In this document: positions 41,699 through 50,442 of the stretch, in pieces
Layout of the letters: every line of letters begins with the position of its first letter
How positions within the stretch are numbered: the first letter of the stretch is position 1
Source of the DNA: Candidatus Eiseniibacteriota bacterium
GTDB taxonomy: Bacteria; Eisenbacteria; RBG-16-71-46
Length of the DNA stretch: 64,000 nt
Reading direction: 5' to 3'
Assembly: GCA_963776245.1 (NCBI GenBank)
Contig: CAVZLN010000006.1
Coordinates: forward strand, 128,001-192,000
Made by a program: the position numbers and the translations under genes
The notes under the pieces: generated by a model
Databases searched by the model: none
What the model saw: only the letters and a program-made list of their open reading frames with translations
Told to the model about the DNA's origin: nothing

Positions 41699-44692
41699 CT
41701 AGCGGATGACCACGAACTTGCCGCGCTGAGTGCCCTGACCTGAATCGACCGTGAAGATGTAGATCCCGCTGACGATGTCCTGCCCGTTCCTGGAGATCAG
41801 GTTCCAGCGCGCCTGGCCGTCGCTCGGGTTGTCCTGCTGGCGATTGTATCCCGGCCTCGACACGCCCTGAGCGTCCAGGATGTGCGGGCGGAGGGACTCG
41901 TTCACCGAATCCGTCGACCTGATCGTCTGCACCAGGTCTCCGGACACCGTATAGATCCGGATGGTCCAATCGCCCGGCGGCAGACCCAGGAAGTCCACGT
42001 GCGTGCCCGTGGGGTCGGTCGCATTCGGGACCAGATCCCAACTCGAAGGACGCTGGGCGACGTTGGCGTAGCCGCGGTAGGGATTCGGCACCACCCACAC
42101 GCTCTTGCCGGTGCGCGTGCCGAACTGCGGCACCACCCCCTCGGCCTCCACGCCGGAGCGGCGGCCGCTGAGCTCGGCCTTGCTGGAGCCGACCCCGGTC
42201 GAATCGAACGCGGTCACCGAGTAGAAGTACATGAATCCGTTCTTCACGTCGCGGTCCACGAACCGATACCGGCCGACGGGATAGCGGATGACGGTGTCCG
42301 GGATGCAGGGATCCGCGCCGGCCCGGCAGCCGGTCCCGCGCGCACAGGAGTCCCCCGCCGCCTCACAGCCGAGGTCGGTCGGCCGGATGACGGTGCCGGT
42401 CTGACGGTCCCACAGATCGCCGCGCTGGAGGCAGACCGGGACCGTCGCCGGCCCGCGGACGCCGGTCGCGGGATCGAGCCAGTTCGGGATGTACATCGAC
42501 GGGCAGAGCGTGTCCCCGTTCGCCGCACGATACCGATTGTCCGGGATCGGGGCGCCGTTGCTGGCCCGATAGTCGAACTTGCGGAATTCCCCGATCAGCG
42601 CCCAGTCATCTTCGCCGGGCCCGGGCGAACCCACCGGACGCACCCAGTTCGCCACCTTCCAGAGCTTGTAGCCACGGCAGTCGAACCAGCGGGACTTCGG
42701 ATCCGGCGTGTACTCGGAGAGGTTGTCCCACGCCAGCGTCACCATCCGGTCCCCCGCCGCGATCACCAGCCGATCGGGGTTGTCGGAGTAGTTGTACTTG
42801 GCCGCCAGGTTGGTGTTCGGGTTCGGGGGCGGTGCTTCGGCGTTCCAGACCTTGTGGAACCACCCTCCGCCCTCGCTGGGAACGAACACGCCCGTGCAGT
42901 AATCGCAGTCCATGTCGAACCAGCGGTACTGGTTCGAATCGACGAACTCCGTGCGCGCCTCGCTGCCGCGCGCCTCGCAGGCGGGCTCGGTGACCGGGGT
43001 CGCGATCGTGCCGAGGGCCCCGATCTTCCCGGTCTCGCGACCGTGATTGTTGGTCTGCGGGTAGGTGTTGCGCAGCTCGTAGATGCCCTCGAACGCCACC
43101 TGGGCCGAGATCGCGTTGTCGAGGCTCAGGAAGCTCCGCTGCAGATCCGACATCGAGACGCGCTTGAGCTGCTTGTCCCGGTCCTCCCAGTAGGTGTCGT
43201 ACGCGATCTGGTACTTGAGCGCGTCGGCGTAGCGGCCGGTCCGGATGCCGAACGCGATGGTCGCGCTCACATGGGCACCGGAAGCCACGCTCAGCCACGG
43301 CCCGACCGAGCACCACTGGACGTAATCGCCCTTCTGGTCACCGGGCAGGGCGGTGATCCAGCCGTTGACCGCGGGGTCGGCCGGATCGTCGCTGGGCTTC
43401 TCGGAGACCGCCACGTTCTCCTTGCTCGACATGAACTCGTACTTCTGCTGATCGGTCGTCGGATTGCCACCCTGCACGTACGGGGTGCCCGAGATGAACG
43501 AACGGAACGCGCGGAAGCCCACGCGCCACGGCCCCGTGGTGCCCAGCGGATCGATGGTGTGATCGATGAGGAGGAACGACGGGATGCCCGGGGTGCGCCC
43601 GTCGTCGCCATCGTCATCGGCGTCCGAGAAGCCGTTGATCCGGATCTTGAGGTCCCGGCACAGCGGCTCCCCCGGGGCGATGATGTGCGTGGCGTCGAGG
43701 CGCTGACCATCCAGCTCGGGCAGGTGGTTCGCCTGCCGGCGTCGGTCCTGGAGATCGAGCGGGATCTTGAACTCGCCATGCGGGTAGGCCGGCAGGTCGA
43801 AGTCGTCCTGGTAGAAGTTCGACACCGCGAGCGGACCGGCGTCGATGTCCACCAGCCAGCCGATGTAGAGGCTGTCGAGGACGTGGCCGGACCGGTTGTA
43901 GATGTTGTACTCGATCACGTTGAAGTCGGTGAATCCCGGGATCGAGTAGGCCCAGGCCAGCTGGCGGCACTCGAGGCCGAGGGGCACGTGCTTCTCGGCG
44001 GCGGACGCGGCGATCGCCTGCGGCGTGTCGTCCCGCACCACCAGCGAGTACATCTGCTGGCCCAGCGCGCCGAAGTCCTCGTCGACCTTGCCATCGCCGT
44101 CGTTGTCGCGCCCGTCGAGGAAGTCCTCGTCGATGTAGTCCGGCCCGAAGTTCCCGACCCGGTCGGGCCCGTCACCGTCGTCGTTGAAGTACCGCTGGCC
44201 ATTGATGACGCCGTCGTAGGCGCGGTAGATCTTGTCCTCGGGCTGGAGGGTGGCGGGGCGCCACTCGAGCAGGTAGGACACGCGCCGCAGGCTGAGCGGG
44301 TCGCTCGCGAGCGGGTTCACGGCGCCGACCGAGAGGCGGATGCTGCTCAGGTACTCGATCCCGGAGGCGCCGGGCCACTGGGCGCTGGGGTCGGAGGAGA
44401 ATTGGGTGAACAGGTTCCCCACGTGGCCCCAGTTGGTGATCTTCATGTAGATGTTGCCCACATTGAGCACCGCGCCGGGCCCGAAGATGTCGGGGATGTC
44501 GTTGGGCTGCACGCGCCCGCTGCCGCCGACATGGAAGTACTCGGGCATCGCGCTCCGAACGCCCTCCATGGTGAGCCCATCGGGGTCCGCCTTCCCGGGC
44601 GTGAGCTCCCCGTCCTGCCCCCGGGCGGGAAGTGCCAGCGCCGCGATCAGCGCCAACACCGCCAGGGTGGTCTGGCCTCGCAGGTTCGTCAT
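41699..44692 (-). CDS. Large secreted protein with a T9SS-type C-terminal domain, Ca-binding-like DxDGDG motifs and an Fn3-like region
   Basis: Signal peptide; VGN....TN.G..G, WP..SG..YL, DGRDNDGDGKVDED, Fn3-like V.L.W...GYK.W, Y.F.D..V.NG..Y.Y.VTAFD; C-terminus VWVVPNPY...F..LP....IRIYT.SGDLV...WNL.S.NG..I.SG.YI..V......GKFVVIR. Confidence 0.8.
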   Translation of the reverse strand: MTNLRGQTTLAVLALIAALALPARGQDGELTPGKADPDGLTMEGVRSAMPEYFHVGGSGRVQPNDIPDIFGPGAVLNVGNIYMKITNWGHVGNLFTQFSSDPSAQWPGASGIEYLSSIRLSVGAVNPLASDPLSLRRVSYLLEWRPATLQPEDKIYRAYDGVINGQRYFNDDGDGPDRVGNFGPDYIDEDFLDGRDNDGDGKVDEDFGALGQQMYSLVVRDDTPQAIAASAAEKHVPLGLECRQLAWAYSIPGFTDFNVIEYNIYNRSGHVLDSLYIGWLVDIDAGPLAVSNFYQDDFDLPAYPHGEFKIPLDLQDRRRQANHLPELDGQRLDATHIIAPGEPLCRDLKIRINGFSDADDDGDDGRTPGIPSFLLIDHTIDPLGTTGPWRVGFRAFRSFISGTPYVQGGNPTTDQQKYEFMSSKENVAVSEKPSDDPADPAVNGWITALPGDQKGDYVQWCSVGPWLSVASGAHVSATIAFGIRTGRYADALKYQIAYDTYWEDRDKQLKRVSMSDLQRSFLSLDNAISAQVAFEGIYELRNTYPQTNNHGRETGKIGALGTIATPVTEPACEARGSEARTEFVDSNQYRWFDMDCDYCTGVFVPSEGGGWFHKVWNAEAPPPNPNTNLAAKYNYSDNPDRLVIAAGDRMVTLAWDNLSEYTPDPKSRWFDCRGYKLWKVANWVRPVGSPGPGEDDWALIGEFRKFDYRASNGAPIPDNRYRAANGDTLCPSMYIPNWLDPATGVRGPATVPVCLQRGDLWDRQTGTVIRPTDLGCEAAGDSCARGTGCRAGADPCIPDTVIRYPVGRYRFVDRDVKNGFMYFYSVTAFDSTGVGSSKAELSGRRSGVEAEGVVPQFGTRTGKSVWVVPNPYRGYANVAQRPSSWDLVPNATDPTGTHVDFLGLPPGDWTIRIYTVSGDLVQTIRSTDSVNESLRPHILDAQGVSRPGYNRQQDNPSDGQARWNLISRNGQDIVSGIYIFTVDSGQGTQRGKFVVIR

Positions 44693-44724
44693 CGTTCCCC
44701 TCATGTTCCCTCGCCCGGTCCGGG

Positions 44725-47646
44725 TCAGAACGTGATGCTCACGCCCATGCGGACGTTGCGCCCTTCGTCGAACACGCGTGGATCGCGCACCGGCACCCAG
44801 TCGAGGACCGAGTCCCCGTTGATGTCCTGGAGGTAGGCGCCACCCGCACGTCCCGTCTCGGTGTAGTAGATCGTGTAGTCGTCACCCGCCGTGTTCACGT
44901 TCGGATTGCCGCCGCCGCCCAGGGTGAGGTTGTTGATGTTCTTGGCATCGAGCACGTTCCGCGCGTCGAAGAACAGCGTCACGTTCTGTCCCCACACCTT
45001 GTAGTACTTGTCGCCGTCCAGCGTCAGGCGCGCCTGGGACGGGAGCCGGCGGGAGTTGTCGAGCGCGGGATCCGGGCGGCGGTCGTTGCGGAACGCCGGC
45101 GTGAACGGGAAGCCCGACCCGTAGGTCCACAGCATCCGCATGCCCCAGCGGCCGGGGTCGCGCACCACGGCCTGGACGCTCACGGTGTGGCGCTGGTCCC
45201 ATTCGAGCGGCTTCTCGCTGATCGGCAGGTAGAGCCGGCCGCCGTTGTAGAACTGCTGCGCCGAGTTCGGGTCCGACGCCACCCCGGTGGCGAGCGAGTA
45301 CGTGTAGTTCACCTCGGTCGAGAACTTGTGGCTGAAGCTCTTGATGATGCTGGCCTCGAAGCCGCGCGACGACGCGTAGTCCCCGTTGCGATACGAACTC
45401 ACCGGATTGCCGGCCTCGTCAGCCTCCTGGCGCACCGTGATGAGACCGTAGATGTCCTTGAAGAACACCGAGAACTGTCCCGACACGTCGCGCGAGAACA
45501 GGTGCTGCATGCTGGCCTGGTACTGGATGTTGGTCTCGGGTGCGAGGTCCGGATTGCCGCGCACCGCCACCGACGAGCTGATCCCGCGGTTCTCGAACAC
45601 GAAGTTGCGCGACGGCGTCTGGTAGGTCCACCCGTAGTGGAACGAGAGCACGTCCTTGTCCGAGATCGGGTACGCGATGCCGAGGCGCGGGCTGAACTGC
45701 TGCTTGTTGCGCTTGCCCGAGGGCAGGTCGGAGTCCTGCACCTGGAGGCCGGGCGTGAACCAGTCGAAGCGCACCCCTGCGTTCAGCACCAGCCCTTCGA
45801 ACTCCCAGCGGTCCTGCAGGTAGGTGGCGCCTTCGGGGTTGTAGTTGATGAAGTCCGAGCGCGCGCCGCCGGGGAGGCCGTTGCTCTCCGAGTTGGGCAC
45901 GATCAGGCTCAGGTTCTGGACCCGGTTGTACTTGCCCTCGAGGCCCACCTTCAGGGTGTGGTTCTTGAACTTCCGGGTCGAGAAATCGCTCTTCACGGTG
46001 TAGGTCGCCGCGTCGCGGCGGAACCAGGCCGGGACGTCGCCGTGGGTGGCGAAGTACGGGTTGTTCTCGGTCCCGATCTGGGTGTTGCCGCTCCAGTAGT
46101 ACGGGCTCTCGGTGTCGTACTGCCACGGCTCCTTGCCGGCCACCGCGGAGAGCGTGCGGAAGCGCAGGCTCGACATGCGCGTGGTCCAGACGCTCTTCTC
46201 CGAGAGCTGGCTGGTCCAGACGCCGGTGAACTGCTGGAAGCGGTCGTCCACCGTGGGGACGTGATCGGGCATGTTCTGCGCCACGAACGTCGAGTCGAGC
46301 GGCAGGAACGACCAGGTGCCGTAACGCGGGTTGTACCGGTCCGGCTGGCCGGCGACCCGCACCGTGTCGTACGTCACCTTCACGTAGCCCTTGCGGCTCC
46401 ACATGTGATCGTAGCGCGTCGAGATGGTGCGGTTGTTCACGGTCTCGAGCGTGAGCTTGTTCTTCGGATTGAGCCGGTAGGCCAGCTTGAAGTTGGTGTT
46501 GACCTGGTTGTTCTGGCGGTTGCCCAGGGTGATGAAGTCGAGGTACGTGCGCTTCGGACGGGTCAGCGTCGAGCGCAGGTAGGTGTCGGTGAACGAGCCC
46601 TCGTAGGTCGCGAAGTAGGTCAGGTTCTTGACCGGGGTCGGACCGCCGAAGCCGAAGGTGAAGCGGTCGTAGTTGTTGAACGTCTTGGTCGGGTCGCCGT
46701 ACCGGTCGGTGTCCCACCGCACCTCGCCGCCGAGGCGGTCGGTGCCTTCCTTGGTCTGCAGGCTCACCACGCCCGAGAGCGCGTTGCCGTACTCGGCGTC
46801 GAACCCGCCGGAGAGCACCTCGGCGCCCGCGACCGCGAGGCTGGCGATCCCGGCGCTGCGGCCGAACAGCGGATCGGACACCTCGACGCCGTCGAACTGG
46901 AACTTCACCTCGCCGCCGCGGCCGCCCCGGAAGTGGAGCTCGCCGCCCTGGGCCACGATGCCGGCCTTCACGGCGACCGCTTCCCGCACGTTGTCCACCG
47001 GGATCTCGCGCAGCCGCTCGGCGGTGATGTTCTGCTTCGTGGAGGACGACTTGGTGTCGATCGGCTTCTGCGCGGTGACGTCGATGGTCTCGAACGTCTT
47101 GACCACGTTCTGCCCGCCGAGCTTGAAGTCCAAGGTGGAGGTCTGACCGGCGTTGACCTGCACCTCGCGGATCTGCTTGTCGTAGCCGGTCGCCATCACC
47201 TGGACCTGCACCGTCCCCACCGCGATCCCGGGGATCACGAACTTGCCGTTCTCGTCCGTGGCGGTGCCCTGCTTGGTGCCGAGGATGATGACGTTGACGT
47301 AGGCCGCGGGGCCACCGGGCTCGGAGACCGTGCCCATGATCTTGCCGAACGCGCTGGCGACCGCTGCGGCAGGCCGGGCGGGTGCCGCCGCGGGCGCCGG
47401 CCGTGAGGGAGTCACCGCGGGCGTCGTCGTCGCGGGCTTGGCGGGCGCCGGGGCGCCGGGCTTGGCGGGCACCGCAGCCCCGGGCTTGGCGGGCGCAGGA
47501 GTGCCGGGCTTGGCGGGAGCGGTGGCGGGCTTCGCGGCCGGCTTCGTGGCCGGCTTGGTCTGCCCAGCGACCGGAGGAGCGACCAGCACGAGTCCCAGCG
47601 CGAGGGCCAGGAGCCCGTTCAGCAAACGCCTGCCATCAGTCCACAT
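44725..47646 (-). CDS. TonB-dependent receptor with a CarboxypepD_reg-like N-domain and a PAK-rich extension
   Basis: Signal peptide; GKI.G.V...NV.I.GT..G.ATD.NG.F.I; plug HFRGGR..EV....DG...DP and SGGF.AEYGNA.SGVV...TKEG; SPRLGI.YP and GNPDL.PE; ends R.V..G.S.TF. Confidence 0.93.
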   Translation of the reverse strand: MWTDGRRLLNGLLALALGLVLVAPPVAGQTKPATKPAAKPATAPAKPGTPAPAKPGAAVPAKPGAPAPAKPATTTPAVTPSRPAPAAAPARPAAAVASAFGKIMGTVSEPGGPAAYVNVIILGTKQGTATDENGKFVIPGIAVGTVQVQVMATGYDKQIREVQVNAGQTSTLDFKLGGQNVVKTFETIDVTAQKPIDTKSSSTKQNITAERLREIPVDNVREAVAVKAGIVAQGGELHFRGGRGGEVKFQFDGVEVSDPLFGRSAGIASLAVAGAEVLSGGFDAEYGNALSGVVSLQTKEGTDRLGGEVRWDTDRYGDPTKTFNNYDRFTFGFGGPTPVKNLTYFATYEGSFTDTYLRSTLTRPKRTYLDFITLGNRQNNQVNTNFKLAYRLNPKNKLTLETVNNRTISTRYDHMWSRKGYVKVTYDTVRVAGQPDRYNPRYGTWSFLPLDSTFVAQNMPDHVPTVDDRFQQFTGVWTSQLSEKSVWTTRMSSLRFRTLSAVAGKEPWQYDTESPYYWSGNTQIGTENNPYFATHGDVPAWFRRDAATYTVKSDFSTRKFKNHTLKVGLEGKYNRVQNLSLIVPNSESNGLPGGARSDFINYNPEGATYLQDRWEFEGLVLNAGVRFDWFTPGLQVQDSDLPSGKRNKQQFSPRLGIAYPISDKDVLSFHYGWTYQTPSRNFVFENRGISSSVAVRGNPDLAPETNIQYQASMQHLFSRDVSGQFSVFFKDIYGLITVRQEADEAGNPVSSYRNGDYASSRGFEASIIKSFSHKFSTEVNYTYSLATGVASDPNSAQQFYNGGRLYLPISEKPLEWDQRHTVSVQAVVRDPGRWGMRMLWTYGSGFPFTPAFRNDRRPDPALDNSRRLPSQARLTLDGDKYYKVWGQNVTLFFDARNVLDAKNINNLTLGGGGNPNVNTAGDDYTIYYTETGRAGGAYLQDINGDSVLDWVPVRDPRVFDEGRNVRMGVSITF
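47431..47560 (-). repeat. Coding tandem repeat (27-bp period, PAKPG units) in the TonB receptor N-terminus
   Basis: GGGCTTGGCGGG recurs four times at 27-nt spacing, followed by KPA-type units. Confidence 0.8.
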
Positions 47647-47707
47647 GCGACTCGACCTCATGCGAAGGTGAAGAATCCGCGCCACGGAGCCTGGAACCGG
47701 ACGGAGC

Positions 47708-47736
47708 AACATGCCAGCGCGTGGGACGCCTGTCAA
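47708..47736 (-). promoter_or_regulatory. Proximal sigma-70-type promoter of the TonB receptor operon
   Basis: TTGACA-17-CATGTT with an extended TG. Confidence 0.55.
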
Positions 47737-47921
47737 TCGACTTCGCCACGCCAACTCTCCGCAGGGCCGGGAGTTAGTCACATCGAACGGCACTGCGGGT
47801 GAGACCCGAAGTGGTTCGGCGCAGCGTGTCGATCGGTGATCGGTTTCGCGGGTGGGCCATGAAGCGCGGGAACAGGCGGACACGCCGGTACCCGGCAATG
47901 CCCTACGCCCTGTCGTAGAGG

Positions 47922-47951
47922 AATATCCTTCCCATCCTCGCGCTTTGTCAA
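47922..47951 (-). promoter_or_regulatory. Distal sigma-70-type promoter of the TonB receptor operon
   Basis: TTGACA-18-GATATT. Confidence 0.45.
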
Positions 47952-47976
47952 GCATGTTCTTGCGCCACGGCGCCCC

Positions 47977-49611
47977 TCAGAATTCCCAGCGGATCTGCGC
48001 CGCGAGCTGCTGCCGCGCGGAGCGCGGCACCGCCGGATCGCCGAAGTCGGCCTGGACGAAGTCGATGACGTAGCCGGACTCCACCGCCCAGTCGGCGCGC
48101 GCCGGCCGGAGCCCGAGCCCGAGCGTCATCGAGTGGGTCACGTACTCGTTCATCCGGGTGAAATCGTCCCGGTCCTCCCAGCGGTAGATGTACCCGCCGC
48201 GGACGGTCACGACCGGGTTGAGCGGCACCTCGAGCCCACTGCGCACGTCCCAGCCCAGCGCCTTCGGCCCGAGCCCGCCGATGTCGTTCTGGGACAGGTC
48301 CTGCCAGGTGTGGAACTCGACGCCGGCCTGCGCGTGGTGCGGCAGCCGGGTCCACGCCAGACCACCGGACGCCTCCCACGAGCGCTGCTCGGTGATCACG
48401 TCCGCGATGCTGTCGGGCACCGCGAGGGTATCGGTGTTGAAGTGGTAGTAGAGCGTGTTACGGAGGAAGTAGTTGTACGACGTGACATCGTCGGGGCCAG
48501 GGGCCCGCATCTTGACCTGGCGGTAGCCGGTGGTCAGGCCGGCGCCCAGCCGGAGCCCGCCCTGGGTCCAGCGCGCGCGACCGCGCAGCGCCGTGCCTTC
48601 CTCGTCCCGCGTGAAGGAGATGCCGCGCCCGGTGAACGGGATGGCCCGTGCGCCCGCCGAGATGGTGAACAGGTACTTCCCCTCCGAGACCACCGTCCAG
48701 CCGCGTCCGTCCACCCCGTACTGCAGATGGGGCCCGAGCCGGCCGACCATCGAGAGCTGGCCCTGCTGATAGGGCCGGTCCTCGCCGACCTGGCTGAAAT
48801 AGCGGTTGCCACTGTTCTCGCTGCGGATCCGGTGCTGCACCAGGTCGTACCCGGCGGCGGCCGCGAGGGCGCTGCCGAAGTCGTACGACAGCGCCGCGCC
48901 GCCCCCGAGCCGGTTGTCCCGCACGTCGTCCGGCGTGAACAACACCGGTGGATTGACCTGATTGCCATCCCGATCGAGCCACTGTCCGGTGGGATTGGAC
49001 ACGACCTGGCGGAACTGATCGGTCCGCGCCTCGGCGGCGTAGTGGACCCGCAGCGCGAAGCGCATGCGCGGGATGTGCACCCCGGGCAGCGGCCCGCTCA
49101 CGATGCCCTGCACGCTCGGCAGACGGAAGGCCTGGCGCAACTCGGTGTCCTGGGAATACGGGCTATCCAGACGCAGGCTCGACAGTTCGCCGATGAACCC
49201 GAACGCGCTCACCCCATCACCCCGACGCCACGCCTCGAACCCGACGCCGGCATCGCGGGCCGCGAACGTCTGACGGACCGCCCCGGACTCCGGTCCCAGC
49301 GGTTGGTCCACGCTCGAGCTCGAGGCGGTGCGCGGGCGCAATTCGAAGGTCGATCCCGAATCGGCGGCGTAGATGCCGGTGGGATTCCCCGCGAAGTCCC
49401 ACATCGTGAACCGCGTGTGCTCGTCATCGACCACCAGCTCGAGCCTGCCGAGCCCGAGCAGACGCGGGCTCCGCAGCAGCGGGTCGGGAGATAGCTGCGC
49501 CGAACTGCGCGCATCCTCATAGGTCTGTGCCGAGGACTGGACTGCGAGGGCCACGGCGGCCAGTGCGGCCAGGACGAGCGCGCTCATCCAGACCCTGCGC
49601 CAAGGGTACAT
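47977..49611 (-). CDS. Hypothetical outer-membrane beta-barrel with a FadL/PorV-like N-terminal hatch motif
   Basis: Signal peptide; PRLLGLG...VDDE.....W...NPTGI; amphipathic strands, SGLEV and VRGGY; ends QIRWEF. AAGGAG Shine-Dalgarno before ATG 49611. Confidence 0.7.
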   Translation of the reverse strand: MYPWRRVWMSALVLAALAAVALAVQSSAQTYEDARSSAQLSPDPLLRSPRLLGLGRLELVVDDEHTRFTMWDFAGNPTGIYAADSGSTFELRPRTASSSSVDQPLGPESGAVRQTFAARDAGVGFEAWRRGDGVSAFGFIGELSSLRLDSPYSQDTELRQAFRLPSVQGIVSGPLPGVHIPRMRFALRVHYAAEARTDQFRQVVSNPTGQWLDRDGNQVNPPVLFTPDDVRDNRLGGGAALSYDFGSALAAAAGYDLVQHRIRSENSGNRYFSQVGEDRPYQQGQLSMVGRLGPHLQYGVDGRGWTVVSEGKYLFTISAGARAIPFTGRGISFTRDEEGTALRGRARWTQGGLRLGAGLTTGYRQVKMRAPGPDDVTSYNYFLRNTLYYHFNTDTLAVPDSIADVITEQRSWEASGGLAWTRLPHHAQAGVEFHTWQDLSQNDIGGLGPKALGWDVRSGLEVPLNPVVTVRGGYIYRWEDRDDFTRMNEYVTHSMTLGLGLRPARADWAVESGYVIDFVQADFGDPAVPRSARQQLAAQIRWEF

Positions 49612-49731
49612 GCCATCTCCTTTGTGCCGGCGTGTTGACGTGGTCATGCTCATGGCCGTGCCGGGGAAGCTCTCACGCCTGCCGGGTGAAAGTGCGCGCG
49701 GTCAACGAGGTGCGCGATGCACGGCGCGCAG

Positions 49732-49760
49732 ATACTAGGAAGGGGTCACGGTGGTGTCAA
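49732..49760 (-). promoter_or_regulatory. Near-consensus sigma-70 promoter of the barrel gene
   Basis: TTGACA-17-TAGTAT. Confidence 0.7.
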
Positions 49761-50360
49761 CCGGGGACTGACCATCGCGCGGCCTCGGCCCTTCGCCCTG
49801 CGGGCCGCCGGCGGACGGCGGGACACGCACGGGTGCCCGTCCAGCCAGAAGCGCCAGGGTCGCTCGCGGCCGAACCGGATGCCGATCCGCGGGCCGCTCA
49901 CGATCCGCCGCCCGTCGCGTCGCGGCGGCCGCGACGCGATCCACAGCGGCGGGCGCGTGAGGTCGAGCCCGTCGTGCGCCCGCGTGAGACCGAGCGCCCG
50001 CGCCACGCAGCCGGGACCGCGGGCCAGTCGCGCCGCCTCCTCCACTCCCCCGCGGCGCGCGCGCATGAACTCGAGCCCCGCGAGCGGCTCGAGCGCGCGC
50101 ACCAGCACGGCGGCGGCGCGCCCGCGCGGGCCGGTCACGAGGTTCAGGCAGTGGTGCATGCCGTAGGTGAAGTAGACGTAGGCGTGGCCGGGCGGGCCGA
50201 ACATGACGCGATTGCGCGCCGTCTCCCCGCGGTAGGCGTGGCTCGCGGGATCGCCCGCGCCGGCGTACGCCTCGACCTCGACGATCCGGCCCGCCACGCG
50301 CCCGTCCGGCGCGTCGTGCACCAGCACGCGGCCGAGCACCGCGCGCGCCACCACGCGCAC
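49746..50360 (-). CDS. DNA-3-methyladenine glycosylase (MPG/AAG family); true start probably further upstream
   Basis: [48 protein letters not shown] and GPRIGI. The in-frame FYARD upstream of the called start suggests an error in the 5' region. Confidence 0.88.
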   Translation of the reverse strand: MRVVARAVLGRVLVHDAPDGRVAGRIVEVEAYAGAGDPASHAYRGETARNRVMFGPPGHAYVYFTYGMHHCLNLVTGPRGRAAAVLVRALEPLAGLEFMRARRGGVEEAARLARGPGCVARALGLTRAHDGLDLTRPPLWIASRPPRRDGRRIVSGPRIGIRFGRERPWRFWLDGHPCVSRRPPAARRAKGRGRAMVSPRLTPP

Positions 50361-50442
50361 GTCGCGGGCGTAGAACGCGCGCGCCAGCGGCCGGCCGAGC
50401 GCTCGTCCGCGCGCCGCGGCGCGCCGGTGCGGGCCCGCGGGC

